Source: Felis catus
Taxonomy: Eukaryota
Assembly: GCF_018350175.1 (NCBI RefSeq)
Contig: NC_058368.1
Coordinates: forward strand, 132,124,001 to 132,188,000
Length of the DNA: 64,000 nucleotides
Reading direction: 5' to 3'
Position 1 is the first letter of the stretch. Every line of letters starts with the position of its first letter. The notes under the pieces were generated by a model. The model had not been told where the DNA came from. It saw only the letters and a list, made by a program, of their open reading frames with translations, and did no database searches. The position numbers were made by a program, and so were the translations under genes. Below, in pieces: positions 40,326 through 54,363 of this stretch.

Positions 40326-42477
40326 ACTATTGCATTTAATTTAATAAATATATGTTGAATGCCTACTATATTCAAGGAATCACACTTTGTTTTGTAGAAG
40401 AAAGTAAGGTTCGTGTCACGAAAATAGTTATCCAAAGTCATGAAAAGAGCAATGTTGAAACTAGGACTAGATCCCCCAGCAGTTACTATTTCCATTGAAT
40501 TTCATTTTTAACCCTGCTAAGTAGTAGGATCTAGGTCAGAAGCATGAGGTCACTAGTCATTTTCATCCATCCATGATTATAAATCATACAACTATCCTCA
40601 CAGGATATGCTAATACTCTTGGGTAAGAGACTATCCGGAGGGAAGAGTGTGAGCTTATGTGATTGCGCCAGTTTTGTATGTGGAAGATAGTACTTTAGTG
40701 AAGTCAGAATACTAGTTTCCAAATTTGAGCCTGTAGTTAGCCAAATGAGCAACCGTGGCCTTTGTCCCTTACAGAGTGGAAAACCAGTATTTAGAAATAT
40801 GGCGATTAACCAGTTTCTAAAACTTAAAATACATCTTTCCAAAACTTAAACACTTTCAACCTAAAATTCATTTAAGTAACAATAATTTAATCCTGAGAAT
40901 CTGATATTAATGGGTTTTTTTCTAAGTTATTTTCCAGAGGAGACTTAAAGCAATTTTCATATTCTTTCCATTTTGTTTTCCACAGATGAACATGATCCCA
41001 AGTTGTTAGTACCATTTTTGGTAAAGAGGAAAATGTGTACTGAGAATAATAACTTGCATGCCAGCCATAGTGAAACTCTGATTCAATTTGCAACAGTGAT
41101 TTCATCACCAAGATTAGGGGATAAAACAGAAATGTGTATAACTCAGCCACAAAAAGTCCAGTCATACCACCTCCAGCCATGATCTCATTAGGTCTCATAA
41201 TGTAAGAGGGATGGAGTCCTTCAAATTAAACACAGGTGCCCAGAGTAATAGCAGTGATTCAGGAGGTGTTGCTGTTCTTTGCTGCATGAGGTCAGGGCCA
41301 CCTCCATCTTTTTATTCTTTGTCCTCTCTTTTATTGCCAACCATCTCTTAGTCTAGATGCATCAGTCGAGCATTTTATTTGGAATGTATGAAAGTAAAAG
41401 TATTAACCGCCCTCCCAATTTCCCTTCTGACTCGAACTCTGATTTCAGTCCCGGTTGCATCTTTATTGCTCACCAAATCATCCCTTCCCATGTCTCTCCA
41501 CAGGATTAAATCACACCCTAGTTATTAACTTGTTTTGCAATTTTGCCACTGCATCCACTCATCTCATTTTCTCTATTCCCCTGTCCAGTTTAAGACATAT
41601 GGCTTCTTTCACCTTCACTCTCCCCATTGCATTTGACCCTCTGATGACCTTCTCCCCATTTCTCCTTTTTTCCTCCTCTAGATTTTGTGGTAGAAAACAC
41701 AAAAATTCTCTCTGGAAATGTCAACTGCTGAATTGTTATAGTCTGAACAATACCAGGGATGCTTCTTTCTGAGCTCTTCCCAACACCCAGGGATCAAATT
41801 GTCTACATTCTCACAAGTGTCTTCGTATCCATTGGACACTAACAACTAGTGGGATTCATGTTCAACTGTCTGAAATAAGAATGGTGTGGTGTCATCTGTG
41901 TAATCTTGACCTACAGTGTCTGTGTATTAATAGGACAAACAATATATTATGGGGGGGGGGCAGAGGGAATAAGAGAGACACTATAAAATATGTTCACAAA
42001 CCTAGGTTAATTGGAATATTTTTGAAACAAGAACCAATCATAAAACTAGAATATTATTTTTGCTTTTTAACTTAAAGGGAAATGGCAGAGCATATGAAAA
42101 TAAACTGATATTTGATGTTTAGATTAAAAGAGAGACAGAGAGAAAGAGATTTCCCAGCCTTTGTCCCAGAGTCCAGCATCTACTTATCAACTCTTCTCAT
42201 AAACACAACATAGCAAAATTTAAAAAAAAATCATAATCTGACAATAACATCTTTACTCAAAGAGAGATTCAAATATGTACCCCATTAACTACTTACTAGG
42301 ATACTAGAATTTTACTATATTTTAAAACAGGTTAAAAAAAATCTAAACATTAAGTTGGTAAAAAGAAAATCTGCTCATTACTCAACTAACTGGAAAGTAA
42401 GACTAATATAAGCATAAATCTCTATGCCCTAAACATTTCACAGGTGAGATTTTTCTAAATTAAAAAAAAAAAATGAA

Positions 42478-42700
42478 GGGGTGCCTGGGTGGCTCAGTCA
42501 GTTAAGCGTCTGACTTCGGCTCAGGTCATGATCTCGCAGTTTGTGAGTTCAAGCCCCATGTCGGGCTCTATGCTGAGAGCTCAGGGTCTGGAGCCTGCTT
42601 CGGATTCTGTGTCTCTCTGTCTCTCCGCCCCTCCCCTGCTCGCACTCTGTCTCTGTCTGTCTCTCTCAAAAATAAACATTAAAAACAATTTTAAATAAAA
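42478..42700 (+). mobile_element. SINEC
   Basis: Full head, body, tail. Confidence 0.92.
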
Positions 42701-43584
42701 CCTAACCCGCAAGTAAAAACTTCTCCCCAGTCCAAGCATCCTTTAGCACTTTTGTTAAAAATTCTTGTTTTTACTTAACATATCCTTAACTATAGTTATT
42801 TTCATACATATTTATCCGATTAGATTGTCCTCAGGCAAGTGAGCCATTCTTCTGAAAGCACAGAGCCTTTCACATTGCAGTTGCTTAAAAAATGTTTTCT
42901 TAACTCATGGTCACAGTATTATCACAATGTATAATACTCTATTGTTTTCACCCCTCTGATTTTTACAACTTTAAAAACTAAAGTGTCATACAGGAATAAT
43001 ATTCAATATCCAAGAATTCTTCACAGGAGGCCATATATAGAAACATTCTTGCTAGAGAGAGATAGCATGGTGAAAACTGAACTCTTGGCCATTCTCTTTG
43101 GATTCCAACTCAGCATTACTTCCTTTTCTCATGATTGGGGCACTAGCTTCCTATCAGTCATGGACTTTAATATCAACCCCTCCCTTTTCCTTTTCCAATT
43201 ATTTAAGACTTTGTCAGGAATCCCACCATGTTCACTCAGTGCCTCTGGAATTCTTATTTTCTTCCTGTCCCTAGTCACCTCACCATCTTGATTACTATAC
43301 TCTTTCTCACAAAAGAGTTGCTGCTATGAGCACATTAATTTTTCCCAGCAAGGTTTCCTCTGCCCTTTAAGTTTTTCCAAATAACTATTAATATTTCTCT
43401 ACCAATGCATCTTTCATCTATTCTTCCTAGCCCCCTGTCATTTTTTTAATAAAACACAAAGATAAATCTTATCGCCCTCTAGTTTTCCATACCCTGCTTA
43501 TAAAGTCTTCAATATGAATATGAGACATTGGAAACATTTTATTAGTTAAAAAGATAATTTCTCATTTAAAAAAAATACTATTTA

Positions 43585-44850
43585 GGGGCACCTGGGTGGC
43601 TCAGTCAGTCCAACTTGTGATTTTGGCTCAGGTCATAATCTCATAGTTTCGTGAGCTTGAGACCCATGTCAGGCTCTGTCCTGACTCTGAAGAGTCAGCT
43701 TGGGATTTTCTGTCTCTCTGCCCCTCCCCAGATCATGCTCTCTCTGTCCGTCTCAAAATAAATAAATAAACTTAAAAAATACCATTTAGTGGGATGCCTG
43801 GGTGACTCAGTTGATTAAGTGTCTGACTCTTGATTTAGGCTCAGGTCATGACCTCATGGTTTGTGAGACTGAGCCCCACATTGGGCTCTGCACTGACAGC
43901 ATGGAGCCTGCTTGTGATTCTCTCTCTTCCCCTCTCTCTGTCCCTCACCTGCTTGTGCGCTCTCTCTCTCAAAATAAATAAACTTTTAAACAATTAATAT
44001 ATAAATAAATTTACTGAATCTCATAAAAAATACCATTGAGGATGTTAAATTAATAGTATTCAGAATTTGAGATTTTTAAAATATTTATTTATTTATTTTG
44101 AGAGAGAAAGAGAGCATGTGCACATGTGAGCACACACATGCATGTGCACAAGTGGAGGAGGGGCAGAGAGAGAATCCCAAGCAGGCTCTTTGATGTCAGC
44201 TCAGAGTCCAACACAGGGATTTGATCTCACAAACCTTGAGATCACAACCTGAGCCAAAATCAAGAGTCAGACACTTAACTGACTGAGCCACACAGGTACC
44301 CTGGTACTTGGAATTTGAAAACAAATACAGATCCTTTCCTCAAAATAGGCAAGTATATTTCAAATAGATTAAAGCTTACATTTATTTTTTTTAATTAAAA
44401 AAATTTTTTTTAATTTATTTTTTAGACAGAGATAGAGCATGAGCAGGGGAGGGGCAAAGAGAGAGGGAGACACAGAATCCGAAACAGGCTCCAGGCTCTG
44501 AGCTGTCAGCACAGAGCCCGACGTGGGGCTCAAACTCACAGACCGTGAGATCATGACCTGAGCTGAAGTCGGACACCTAACCAACTGAGCCACCCAGGTG
44601 CCCCAAAGTTTACATTTAAAATAAAGAAGAGGGGCACCTGGGTGACTTAGTTGCTTGAGGTCCAAGTCTTGATTTCAGCTTAGGTCATGATCCCAAGGTC
44701 GTGGCATCAAGCCCTGCATTGGACTATACTCTGAGCATGGAACCTTCTTGGAATTCTCTCTCCCTCTCCCTCTCTCTGCTCCTCCACTGCTTGCACTCAC
44801 ATGTACTCTCTCTCTCAAAACAGTATATAAACTTTTTTTAAAAAAGAAAC
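43585..44850. mobile_element. Cluster of five SINECs: + ~43585-43778, + ~43790-43985, - ~44080-44301, - ~44385-44604, + ~44631-44850
   Basis: Five recognisable heads and tails. Confidence 0.9.
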
Positions 44851-44859
44851 TTTGAAAGA

Positions 44860-45850
44860 AACTTTAAAAGTACATTCTTAGAGTGGATGAGGCCTTCCTA
44901 AACTATGAAAGAAATAAAAGTTTGATAGCTTTTCTATGTAATATTTTAAAACTTCTATAAGTAAAAATAGATAACAGCACCATAAAAATATGGAAAACAT
45001 ATGACAAACTCAGATAAAATATTTGGAACAAAGGTAAAAGACTAAATATCTTTAAAACATTAAGAGTTACTAGAAATCAGTAACAAAATGAGAAACACTT
45101 CAATAGAAAAATGGGACAAGATAGGCCATGGATCAGAAAAGCAAAAATAAGTAATACAAATGGCAACCGTACATAATTTTTCAATGCTCATCCTTATCTG
45201 CAATCCAAGAAATACAAAATAAAACAACAGTTAGATACCGAGGCTTTTTTCTCTATAAAATGATCAAAGATTGTTTTTAAAACAATAATATCCAGTGTTG
45301 TGCAGTTCAGGGAAATGATGTTCTAAAATGCTCTTATTGGGAATATACATTCATATATTATTTCTGGAGAACAATCTGACAATGTTTCAAAGGCTAAAAT
45401 ATATTTCCATCTGAACAAGGAATTCTATTCCCATTCATTTAACATAACAGCATAATTATAGAGAGTAAAGTTTTAGTAGCAAAAAATGTTAATACTGTGG
45501 TATCTTAAGGGATCAAAAGCTAAGACACAGCCAAAGTTATTCAACAGTGGAAAACCAATTTAAGTAAACAGGGACATATCTACTGAATATTTTAGAAGAT
45601 ATTTAATGTTCAAAATATGTTGAAAACTGACTACAAAGCATCATAAATCATATCATACCATTTTGTTATATACATAAACAACAGAAAAACATAAGCATAG
45701 AAAATGTAAACATAGAAAAAAGACTGAAATATATATGTATATCAAAATATTAACAGTGGTAGTTTAAGTATTACAAGTATTTTTAATTTTCTTATTTTTA
45801 CTTACCTGTGTTCTAAAATTTTCACGCTTTAATATGTACAACAAAAAACA
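44860..45850 (+). mobile_element. Ancient L1 (L1ME-like) ORF2 end / 3' UTR remnant
   Basis: caatagaaaaatgggacaag...aatacaaatggc...aaatacaaaataaaacaacagttagatacc...aataatatccagtgttg motifs. Confidence 0.7.
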
Positions 45851-45927
45851 AATATGATTGTTACATCATATCTGAAAAAAAAAACTTATCTTCTTTCCTT
45901 TATTCCATACTCATTTAAAGTATTGTT

Positions 45928-46165
45928 GGGGGTGCCTGGGTAGCTAAGTCAGTTAAGCATCCAACTCTTGATTTCAGCTCAGGTCATGATCTCAGAGTTT
46001 GTGAGATTGAACCCCTATGTTAGGCTCTGCACTGACAGCGTGGAGACTGCTTGGGATTCTTTCTCTCCTCCCTTTCTGCCCCTCCCCTGCTCTCTCTCTC
46101 TCTCAAAATTAATTAATTAATTAATTAATTAATGAATAAACAAACAAAAAACCAAACAAACTTTT
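45928..46165 (+). mobile_element. SINEC with (TAAT)n tail
   Basis: Full body. Confidence 0.9.
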
Positions 46166-46529
46166 TAAAAAGTGTTATTGAATTCACTAGTCTTTCAATG
46201 ATTTTTACCTCTAGAATACCAAGGTCTACTGGGAATTTTATGATATACAACAACCATTCTGAAGAATTGAGATTTTCTTTTTCATAGTCTCAACTCAAAG
46301 GAATAAAAAAGAAATTAAGAAGGAACTAAGAAAAATATGGACTAATAAAGAGCAATATTTTAAGCTCTTTATATCTTTAGCTCTTTCTGAAAAGAAGTCG
46401 GCCTAAATTTTCTTTTTTCATATTCTCTTTATCTTTCTTTTTCCAATTCCATTCTCTTGTCTCCAAACTTAAAAAAAAATTATATAACTTTAGTGAAGTT
46501 AATAAATAACTTATAAAATAAATAACTTA

Positions 46530-46781
46530 AATTTATTTGTTTATTTTGGGAGAGAGAGTGTGTACAAGAGAGAGTGCACAAGAGAGAGTGAGTGTGGGCA
46601 CGCATAGGAGCTGAGGGGTGGGGGGAGGGCAGGGAGAGAGGAAGAGAGAGACAATCCCAAGTAGGCTCTGTGCTGTCAGCACTGAGCCCAATGCAGGGGC
46701 TCAATCTCAAGAAACCTGAGATCATGACCTGAACCCAAAATCAAAGTCAGATGCTTAACCAAGTGAGCCACCCAGGTGCCT
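46530..46781 (-). mobile_element. SINEC
   Basis: Reverse head ends cccaggtgcc. Confidence 0.88.
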
Positions 46782-47366
46782 CAATAAATAAATTTATTTT
46801 AGAATTACAAAAGGAAAGGAAACTTAATTTTAATTATGTATGTTAATTTGAATGTCAATTATCTCTAACTATAAATATATATCATATAGATTATATATTA
46901 TAGTTATTACATCGATCTATATTATATATATAACATAGATAGATACATAGGTAGATAGATAAACAACTCCAATGTAATATCTAAACCCACAATACATGGG
47001 ATGGAATGACAAACCACTGAAATCTCAAGGGGTGTTCGAATAGCATTTAAGCCTAAACAAATAAAAAAGCTGAAGCCAAAATAGAACAGGTGTGACCAGG
47101 ACCACTCAGATGTCTTAAAAGGCCGATCAAATGTCAAACATAATACTCAAATTCCTGAATGTCAGGAAAGTAACTTGATGGGTTGAGAAGCACAATTACA
47201 TGAAAATAATGTTGAAAGTTATAAGAAACATGGGAAGGGAAAAAATTTTGCCCATGGTTTTTAAGCAGTTTTTACAGCTTGTGTAGTTTCCCCACTTCTT
47301 TTGAGTTAAATTTACAACAATAATTGGCAGAAAAGAGAAAAAAGTTTTAAAAATCAAATGTGTATA

Positions 47367-48153
47367 GGTGTGCCTGGGTGGGTCAAGTCAGTTAAGAGTT
47401 CAACCTTGGCTCAGGTCATGATCTCATCTTGTGGGTTGGAGCCCCGAATCAGGCTGTGTGCTGACAGCTCAGAACCTAGAGCCTGCTTTGGATTCTGTGT
47501 CTCCCTGTCTCTCTGCCCCTTCCCTGCTTGTGTGCTGTTTCTCCCTCTCTCTCAAAAGTAAATAAACATTAAAAAAAAAATCAAATATCTTTGGGGCGCC
47601 TGGGTGGCTTTGTCTTTTCTCATGTAATCATTGCCTTTTTTTTTTTTTTTTAATTTTTAAAAAGTAATCTCTGTACCCAATGTGGAGCTTGAACTCATGA
47701 CCCTGAGATCAGGAGTTGCATGCTCTATAGGGGCACTTGGGCGGCTCAGTTGATTAAGTAACTGAATCTTGATTTCGGCTAAGGTCATGATCTCACAGTT
47801 TGAGCCCTCCATCAGGCTCTGCCCTGGGATTCTCTCTCTGCCTCTCTCCTACTTGCACTCTCTCTCTCTCTCTCAAAATAAATAAATAAACATTACAAAA
47901 AGAGTCTTGGGCCGGCTGGTTGGTTCAGTTGGTTGAGCATCTGACTTCGGCTCAAGTCATAATCTCACTGTTCATGAGTTCCAGCCCCACATTGGGATCG
48001 CTGCTGTCAAGGCACAGCCCACTTGGGATCCTCTGTCCCTGGCTCTCTCTGCACCCCCCTTCTCTCTCTGCCCCTCCCCCACTCATGCACACAATTGCAC
48101 GTCCACGCTCTCTCTCTCTCTCTCTCTCTCTCAAAACTAAACATTAAAAAAAA
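47367..48153. mobile_element. SINEC cluster: + ~47367-47580, short + head fragment ~47592-47609, partial - ~47636-47728, + ~47729-47900, + ~47908-48153
   Basis: Recognisable heads, (CT)n and tails. Confidence 0.85.
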
Positions 48154-48209
48154 AGTCTTTAGGCCTTTAGGATAAATATCTGGAAAAGATAGGACTGCAC
48201 ACCAGTCTA

Positions 48210-48377
48210 ATGTGTTTTATTGAATTTAAGATACCATTATTCTATGTACCATTAAGAAAGATAAAAATAATGATGATTTTTATTGTAAGTAACACACTAT
48301 CAATTGCAAGATAAATCTCAATTTCCAAGATGTTAAAATGTGAAAAGATATGTGCCTTAGAATTGATGAAACATGAT
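48210..48377. mobile_element. MER104-like TcMar-Tc2 DNA transposon fossil
   Basis: agatgttaaaatgtgaaaagatatgtgccttagaattgatgaaacatg; imperfect inverted termini. Confidence 0.55.
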
Positions 48378-48608
48378 AATTTCTAGCACTGTGCCAGATC
48401 AACCCACTGAAGTTCCTGCTTTTAAGGATTAATAACTGAAACCTATGGATAAATAGAAATCTTAGCTCAGTGAAAGGGATATCAAAATCTACCCTCTGTG
48501 ATGCTTTCTCCCCTTTTCATAACATATGAATATGTTTCCAAATATGAGTAGCTAATGCTTTTCTCTTTGCACTTAAAAAAAATAATTCTCATTTCTTACT
48601 CTTACTTA

Positions 48609-48776
<168 letters not shown>

Positions 48777-51700
48777 TTACTTTCCAATAAGTTAGGTATG
48801 CATAGCTTTCCTCTGGGGAATCAACCTCACTGGATCGCTGCTGTCTTATCTGTTCCAGAAACACTTCACTGCTTCTCTAAAAAGGAGAGAAGTCCTGGTC
48901 ATTATACTGCAATTTTAGGCAAAATTATTGTTCTCATATTTAGAAACATAACTGTTTTCAAGTTCAGAAAAGAAACTATTGGCAATTGTAAACAATTAAT
49001 ATTCCCATTTGTATATTCTTCTTCGTGCTTTCCTTAAAAAAAAAAAAAGAACAAAAAACAAATCCCCCCAACTTCATTTTCCCAAAATATAATCAGATAA
49101 AATGTATGAATATACATTTCAACGCAAAACAATGGCTGTACATCTATTTAAAAATAAAGCAATAGGGACAAATTTACTTTTTGATATTTTATAGGACAAA
49201 TCCCATCAATTTAGTCTTTGTGAGGAACACATCACATTCACACATTTCATTCTTTTTCTTCCACTTATAGTTTTATTTCTCTAAAAGCCCACAAAGTCTA
49301 GAATTTAGAGATTGCAGTGGGCCTCTTTTGCACTCCAACCCATTAGTCTGTTTGCTTTAACAGAGCTGGCCCCCTGTTGATTATACCATTGTCAAACAGA
49401 TATATATATATATATTCCTTGAAATAGTAACTCAGTAGATTATTTTCTTAGATTATTAGTCTATGTGACCTGTTTGTCACGGCTAAAAACACTCTCATTA
49501 TAAAACTGTAAAATTCTAAGTATGTGTTAATTATTTATTGGCAAAGGTATCCACCACAACTTGCTCACAATTCACAAAATACAAAGACACACACAGACAC
49601 AATCTTATTTGTAAACATCCCTGGTGAGTAGACCTTATGCAGTCTCATTTTCTCTTTAGTGTCGAAGAATCTAAAGAAGCAAAGCTAGGTATACCAAGAT
49701 ACCAGAGAAAAAGTAAAACTAAAAACAATGCTATATATTTCAGATCATATAGAGGTCGCAGGTTACTCCTGGAATTGGAAATAAAAGCATAAACTAATCC
49801 CGACTCCCCGACCTCTTCTCTATAACCAGGTAAGCTAAATTACCCGCAAAGAGTTGTAAAAACAGCATTAGCAATATATCCAGGAAACCACAGCTTCACA
49901 CCTAGCCAGACCCACATGAACCTACAGTTTTGCCTTTATTTTTTTTTCCAGTTGCTTTTAATAGCACCCTGAAGAAAAGACTTTAATCTCAAATTAGGGA
50001 AATCAATGTGAAATAAGATCATTCACTGAAGGAAATTGTCACCTGAAGAGTCATACACCAAATACTTGCCCCAAGATCCCTTTAAAAGTCGAGGAAATTT
50101 TGCAGGTGGAGGTGCCTCAGGCATCATGCAATTCAAACTTCTAACTAAGCAAGATAGGGAAATCTATGTCTCTGATCAGGAAAATTACCAAGTACTGTAC
50201 CCTCCGTGATGGTGGTGAGCAGTTGAAAAAGGTATATTTTACTGTTTGCAGTGACCCAAGGCTCTTACTAATCTCTTTCAGTAGGTTTTTTTTTAGGTTT
50301 TCCTAAATTTAGGGGCCTAAAACGTAGCCAACAACTTACTGGCAAAATGTCTTAGAATATGTACTGTATTCATTCCCTCCTAACTCCTAGAATAGGCCAA
50401 ATCTCAGTTTATGTGACAACAGTTTGGAATTTCTTAACTATTAAACTTTAGATTTTTGAGGGAGGAATGATTCACGTCAGGCATAGCTGTGATCCATTCA
50501 CAGATGTTCCACAATATTCATCAGCTAGCTCCCCATTGTGTCATTCCAGTGGGCAGATAACTAAGTCCATGTGACCCACCTAGACAGAAATCTCCACCAT
50601 TAGTCATAGGGTCAACTTCCAATTGCCACAGTTCTTCCACCCAGTTCAATATGTTGTTCCTATCAGGAAGAGTGGGGATTATTTTTATAAGTCATCATGG
50701 TTATTTTTTTCAAAGTCATTCAAATATGATTATACTTGGAGAGGGGAGACTCAAACCACCCACTTACACGGAGGACTTAACTTTACCCAACTTTGATAAT
50801 TATGTGTAATAATAAAAAAAAAATCTGATTTGCAACAAGAAAGTTGTCATTCAATTTAATACCTTGGCTGGTTTTCAGAAAAGAATAAACGTTTTCAACA
50901 CTACCAAATGGAACTGTTACTCTGCATCAGTGCCAGAAACATCCATTCAGTTTCTACAGGTTAAGAAAAAATTCTACTTCCTTTAAGTTAAGCCTAGAAA
51001 TGTTGTGTGGTTATAATTATATTAGTTTTTAAAAGTAGCCATTAATGTAAAAGAAAGGCCTCTGCAATTTGAATCACAGGTTGAGACATTCATTATTATA
51101 GGTAAAATTTATGTTTGATCTTAAGATAAATTCTAGCCAAGTATGTTTCTTGAAAAAACTTAACTACATAACATTAATTGTTGAAAATGTGGAAAAGAAA
51201 CAAACCACAAACAACAAAATAAAAAATATCCACAGTCTCATATCTTTGTTCTGGATCTTTATTTTTAAGGCTATTTTGCACTTTGGTGGGATCCAGTAAT
51301 TCGTTTAAAATTACATAGTACACATACTAAACACGCCAGTTAAATGTGGTTGATAGGTCATTCATTCATGCATTCATTCATTCACTCATTCAACAGAGAA
51401 TAGTTACTAAGTATAAGGAACTGTGCTTCTTAAGAGATATTGAGCTAAGTGCTAACAATTACAAATTGACTTCATTTTGGTCATGCCTTCCAGACTTCTT
51501 AAAGACCGAGAATTAGGGTATTGTGGGGTTCACTTCAGGTTCATGAGTTCAGAACACTATTTTTTATGAAGTAAAAATTAAAGTCCTTGAATAAACAGCT
51601 GAAATTACTCTGTTTCATGAAGATGCATCTTTCCTTGCATTTATCTTTTATTTTCTTCTAAAATGTTCTATCAGACAGTGTGGTATTTCACACTCAAGAA

Positions 51701-51990
51701 CTGACTATACCAGTAATCTATTCCAAATCTTCTGACTATGCTGAACTATCTTTCTCCAACAGCATAAAAATCCCCTTCCAACCTTTAACCCCACACTTGG
51801 CAGATTCAGAGATCTTTTTTTTTTCTTTGTTTCCTTTTTAAATCAGTAGCAATAGGATAACTCTAAACCAATGTACCTAATTTAGGATGGATTTTGAAAC
51901 ACACACTTTGGGCCTAAGGGAAATGCAGCCTTTAGGTGTAGAAAATAGAAAATACAGATCATGTGGAAATAACCGTCCCCGGAAGTGGGA

Positions 51991-52185
51991 CGGTTAAGCA
52001 TCCCACTTCAGCTCAGGTCATGATCTTGCGTTCTGTTATTTTGAGCCTTGTGTCAGGCTCTGTCCTGACAGCTCAGAGCCTGGAGCCTGCTTCAGATTCT
52101 GTGTTTCCCTCTCTCTGCCCCTACCCAGCTTACACTCTGTCTTTCTCCCTCTCTCAAAAATAAATAAACATTAAAAAAATTTTTT
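51991..52185 (+). mobile_element. SINEC with its first ~21 nt replaced by inverted self-copies
   Basis: Body starts at cggttaagcatcccacttcagctcagg; no TSD found. Confidence 0.88.
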
Positions 52186-52671
52186 TTAAGTAAAGTAATC
52201 TGTAAAACACTGCTAAGGAGTTGATTTAAATCCTGTTGGGAATAATTACATCCAGTTACACAAAGTTACTGTGTTTTCAAATCTAAGGACTTATAGTTTA
52301 TAAGCAAAAACTTAAAATGTCCACATGACTAGTCAGTATATGTCCAATTAAAAACAAATTCTAGTGACTTAGCGTCCACATCCCTGGAGTATGCAGATGA
52401 TCTGCAGAATTTAATTGGCCAAATTTAAAACTACACTAATTGCATTTTATTTTCACACATCTAAAGTTACTGGCATGCAAATTCTATACCTATTTTTTAA
52501 TTTAATGTCACCCCTCTTCCATGCTTAAAAAATTAATGTTTTCATATCATAAAGTTTAAAAACAAAGATGCCATTATCAATACATATTTACTTCAAACTC
52601 TCTAAAATGGGTGTATCCTATATATAGATTTTTATTTTGCTTATCAAAGAATAAAATATGATGGTTCTTAA

Positions 52672-52858
52672 TTTTTTTAATGTTTTATTTATTTTTGAGA
52701 GAGAGAGCATGAGCAGGGGAGGAGCAGAGAGCAAGGGGACAGAGGATCCAAAGTGGGCTCTATACTGACAGCAGAGAGCCTGATGTGGGGCTTGGACTCA
52801 CAAAACATGAGATCATGAAGTCGGAAGCTCAACCAACTGAGCCACCCAGGCAACCCCC
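52672..52858 (-). mobile_element. SINEC with short internal deletion
   Basis: gatcatga|agtcgg junction. Confidence 0.85.
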
Positions 52859-54257
52859 AAACATGAAGCTTCTTAACATGGAAACATAACCCTTAATTTA
52901 GTCTGTAAGTTTAAATTTATCAGGTCTTATATTTAATATTTAATTTTTAGCCGACAGTTAAAAATTACAGATGATCTATTTTCCTACCAAAGGTTCTCTT
53001 GTCCAGTGAGAGGAAGGAATACCCAAATTAATCACTGCTCTAGCTATATATCAGGAAATGGTTTTTAGTATTTTGAAATAGCATATACCCCAGGAAAATG
53101 ATCATGAAATCCAGTAAGCTGCAAGTGAGTCCTGGATGGAATCTTTTATCCACTGTGCTTACTCTAGGAGATGTTGATAGTTCAACTGAAGAACACAGGG
53201 TCTTGGGCTCAGCAGCTACATTCCTAGGGCCAATCCTGAGTAAAGGCTCCAGAGACCATAGTGCCTCTCAATTTCCTCGCCCCCTTTTCAATCCCTTCTC
53301 TATTCCCCTTATAAGCTGCTCAATGTTCTCATATCCCATCTAGATCTTCTTTTAGAGAATTAAATAATTTTGTAAACTCCTTTGTAACAATATTTGGAAA
53401 TATATTGCCTTTCACAGAACAGTTGATCATTTTAAAAGTAGAGAGGTGGGCATTCAATGCACATAAATTACCGCCTGAATTTCACTTGAAAGAATGACAT
53501 GTGGTAAACTAAGAAATAAATGGGGGAGGTTAAATGCAGCAGAAAGATTTACTGGGTCTTTTCAAATCTACTCTTAAGACTCAACATTCCAGAGCTAGCC
53601 CACTCAGTAAGTGAGCAATCTATAACTGTATGTGAATGAGTCAATAATGGAAAGAGAGGTATAAATGTATCCTTGGGATTGAGAGGCTAACCAACATCTA
53701 GATAATCTAACCTAGTGGCATAACTCATCATATCAACCCAAGAAACAGTTTTCTGAAGAGGAAGGGGGTGGGGGGATGTTAAAAAGTTAGAGCTTATACT
53801 ACAAATGTGGCTGGTGGCTAAGGCAGTAATTTACTTAACCACAACATCTATAGAGTAGCTAGCAACTAAGACAATACTGTATACACATGGCCAGCAATAT
53901 TAATTGAATCTAAATCTTCACTCTAGATAGCATCCAAAGAACAGCAAGCACCAGGGGAAAAAAGTCTCTCTGCTCTGCCTCTCACTGATGGAATCTGTGA
54001 CTATTGGCCAGACACAAGCATTTGCAGGGCAGAGTAAAGCCTATCTGCCTTGATCTAACAGCTGTCACCCAGGGTACCAATCAGTTCCACCCATATGCTT
54101 TCTCCTTCTGAAGTTCTTCCTGCCAGTTTTTATTTTTCATAGGCTTCCTTTCTCATCTTTTCCTTCTGTCTGAAGCAAGACTAGATGTTCCAGGGAAATA
54201 CAGGATTATTCAGGAAAAAAAAAAAGCACACAACTCTAAAATATTATATTTTTCTTT

Positions 54258-54363
54258 GAAAGATTTTATTTTCAAGTAATCTCCACATTCAACATGGGGC
54301 TTGAACTCACAATCCCGAGATCAAGGGTCACATGCTCTACCCACTGAGCCAGTCAGATGCCCC
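54258..54363 (-). mobile_element. Short-form SINEC; TSD TAAAATATT(A/G)TATTTTT
   Basis: Reverse head and direct repeats. Confidence 0.85.
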
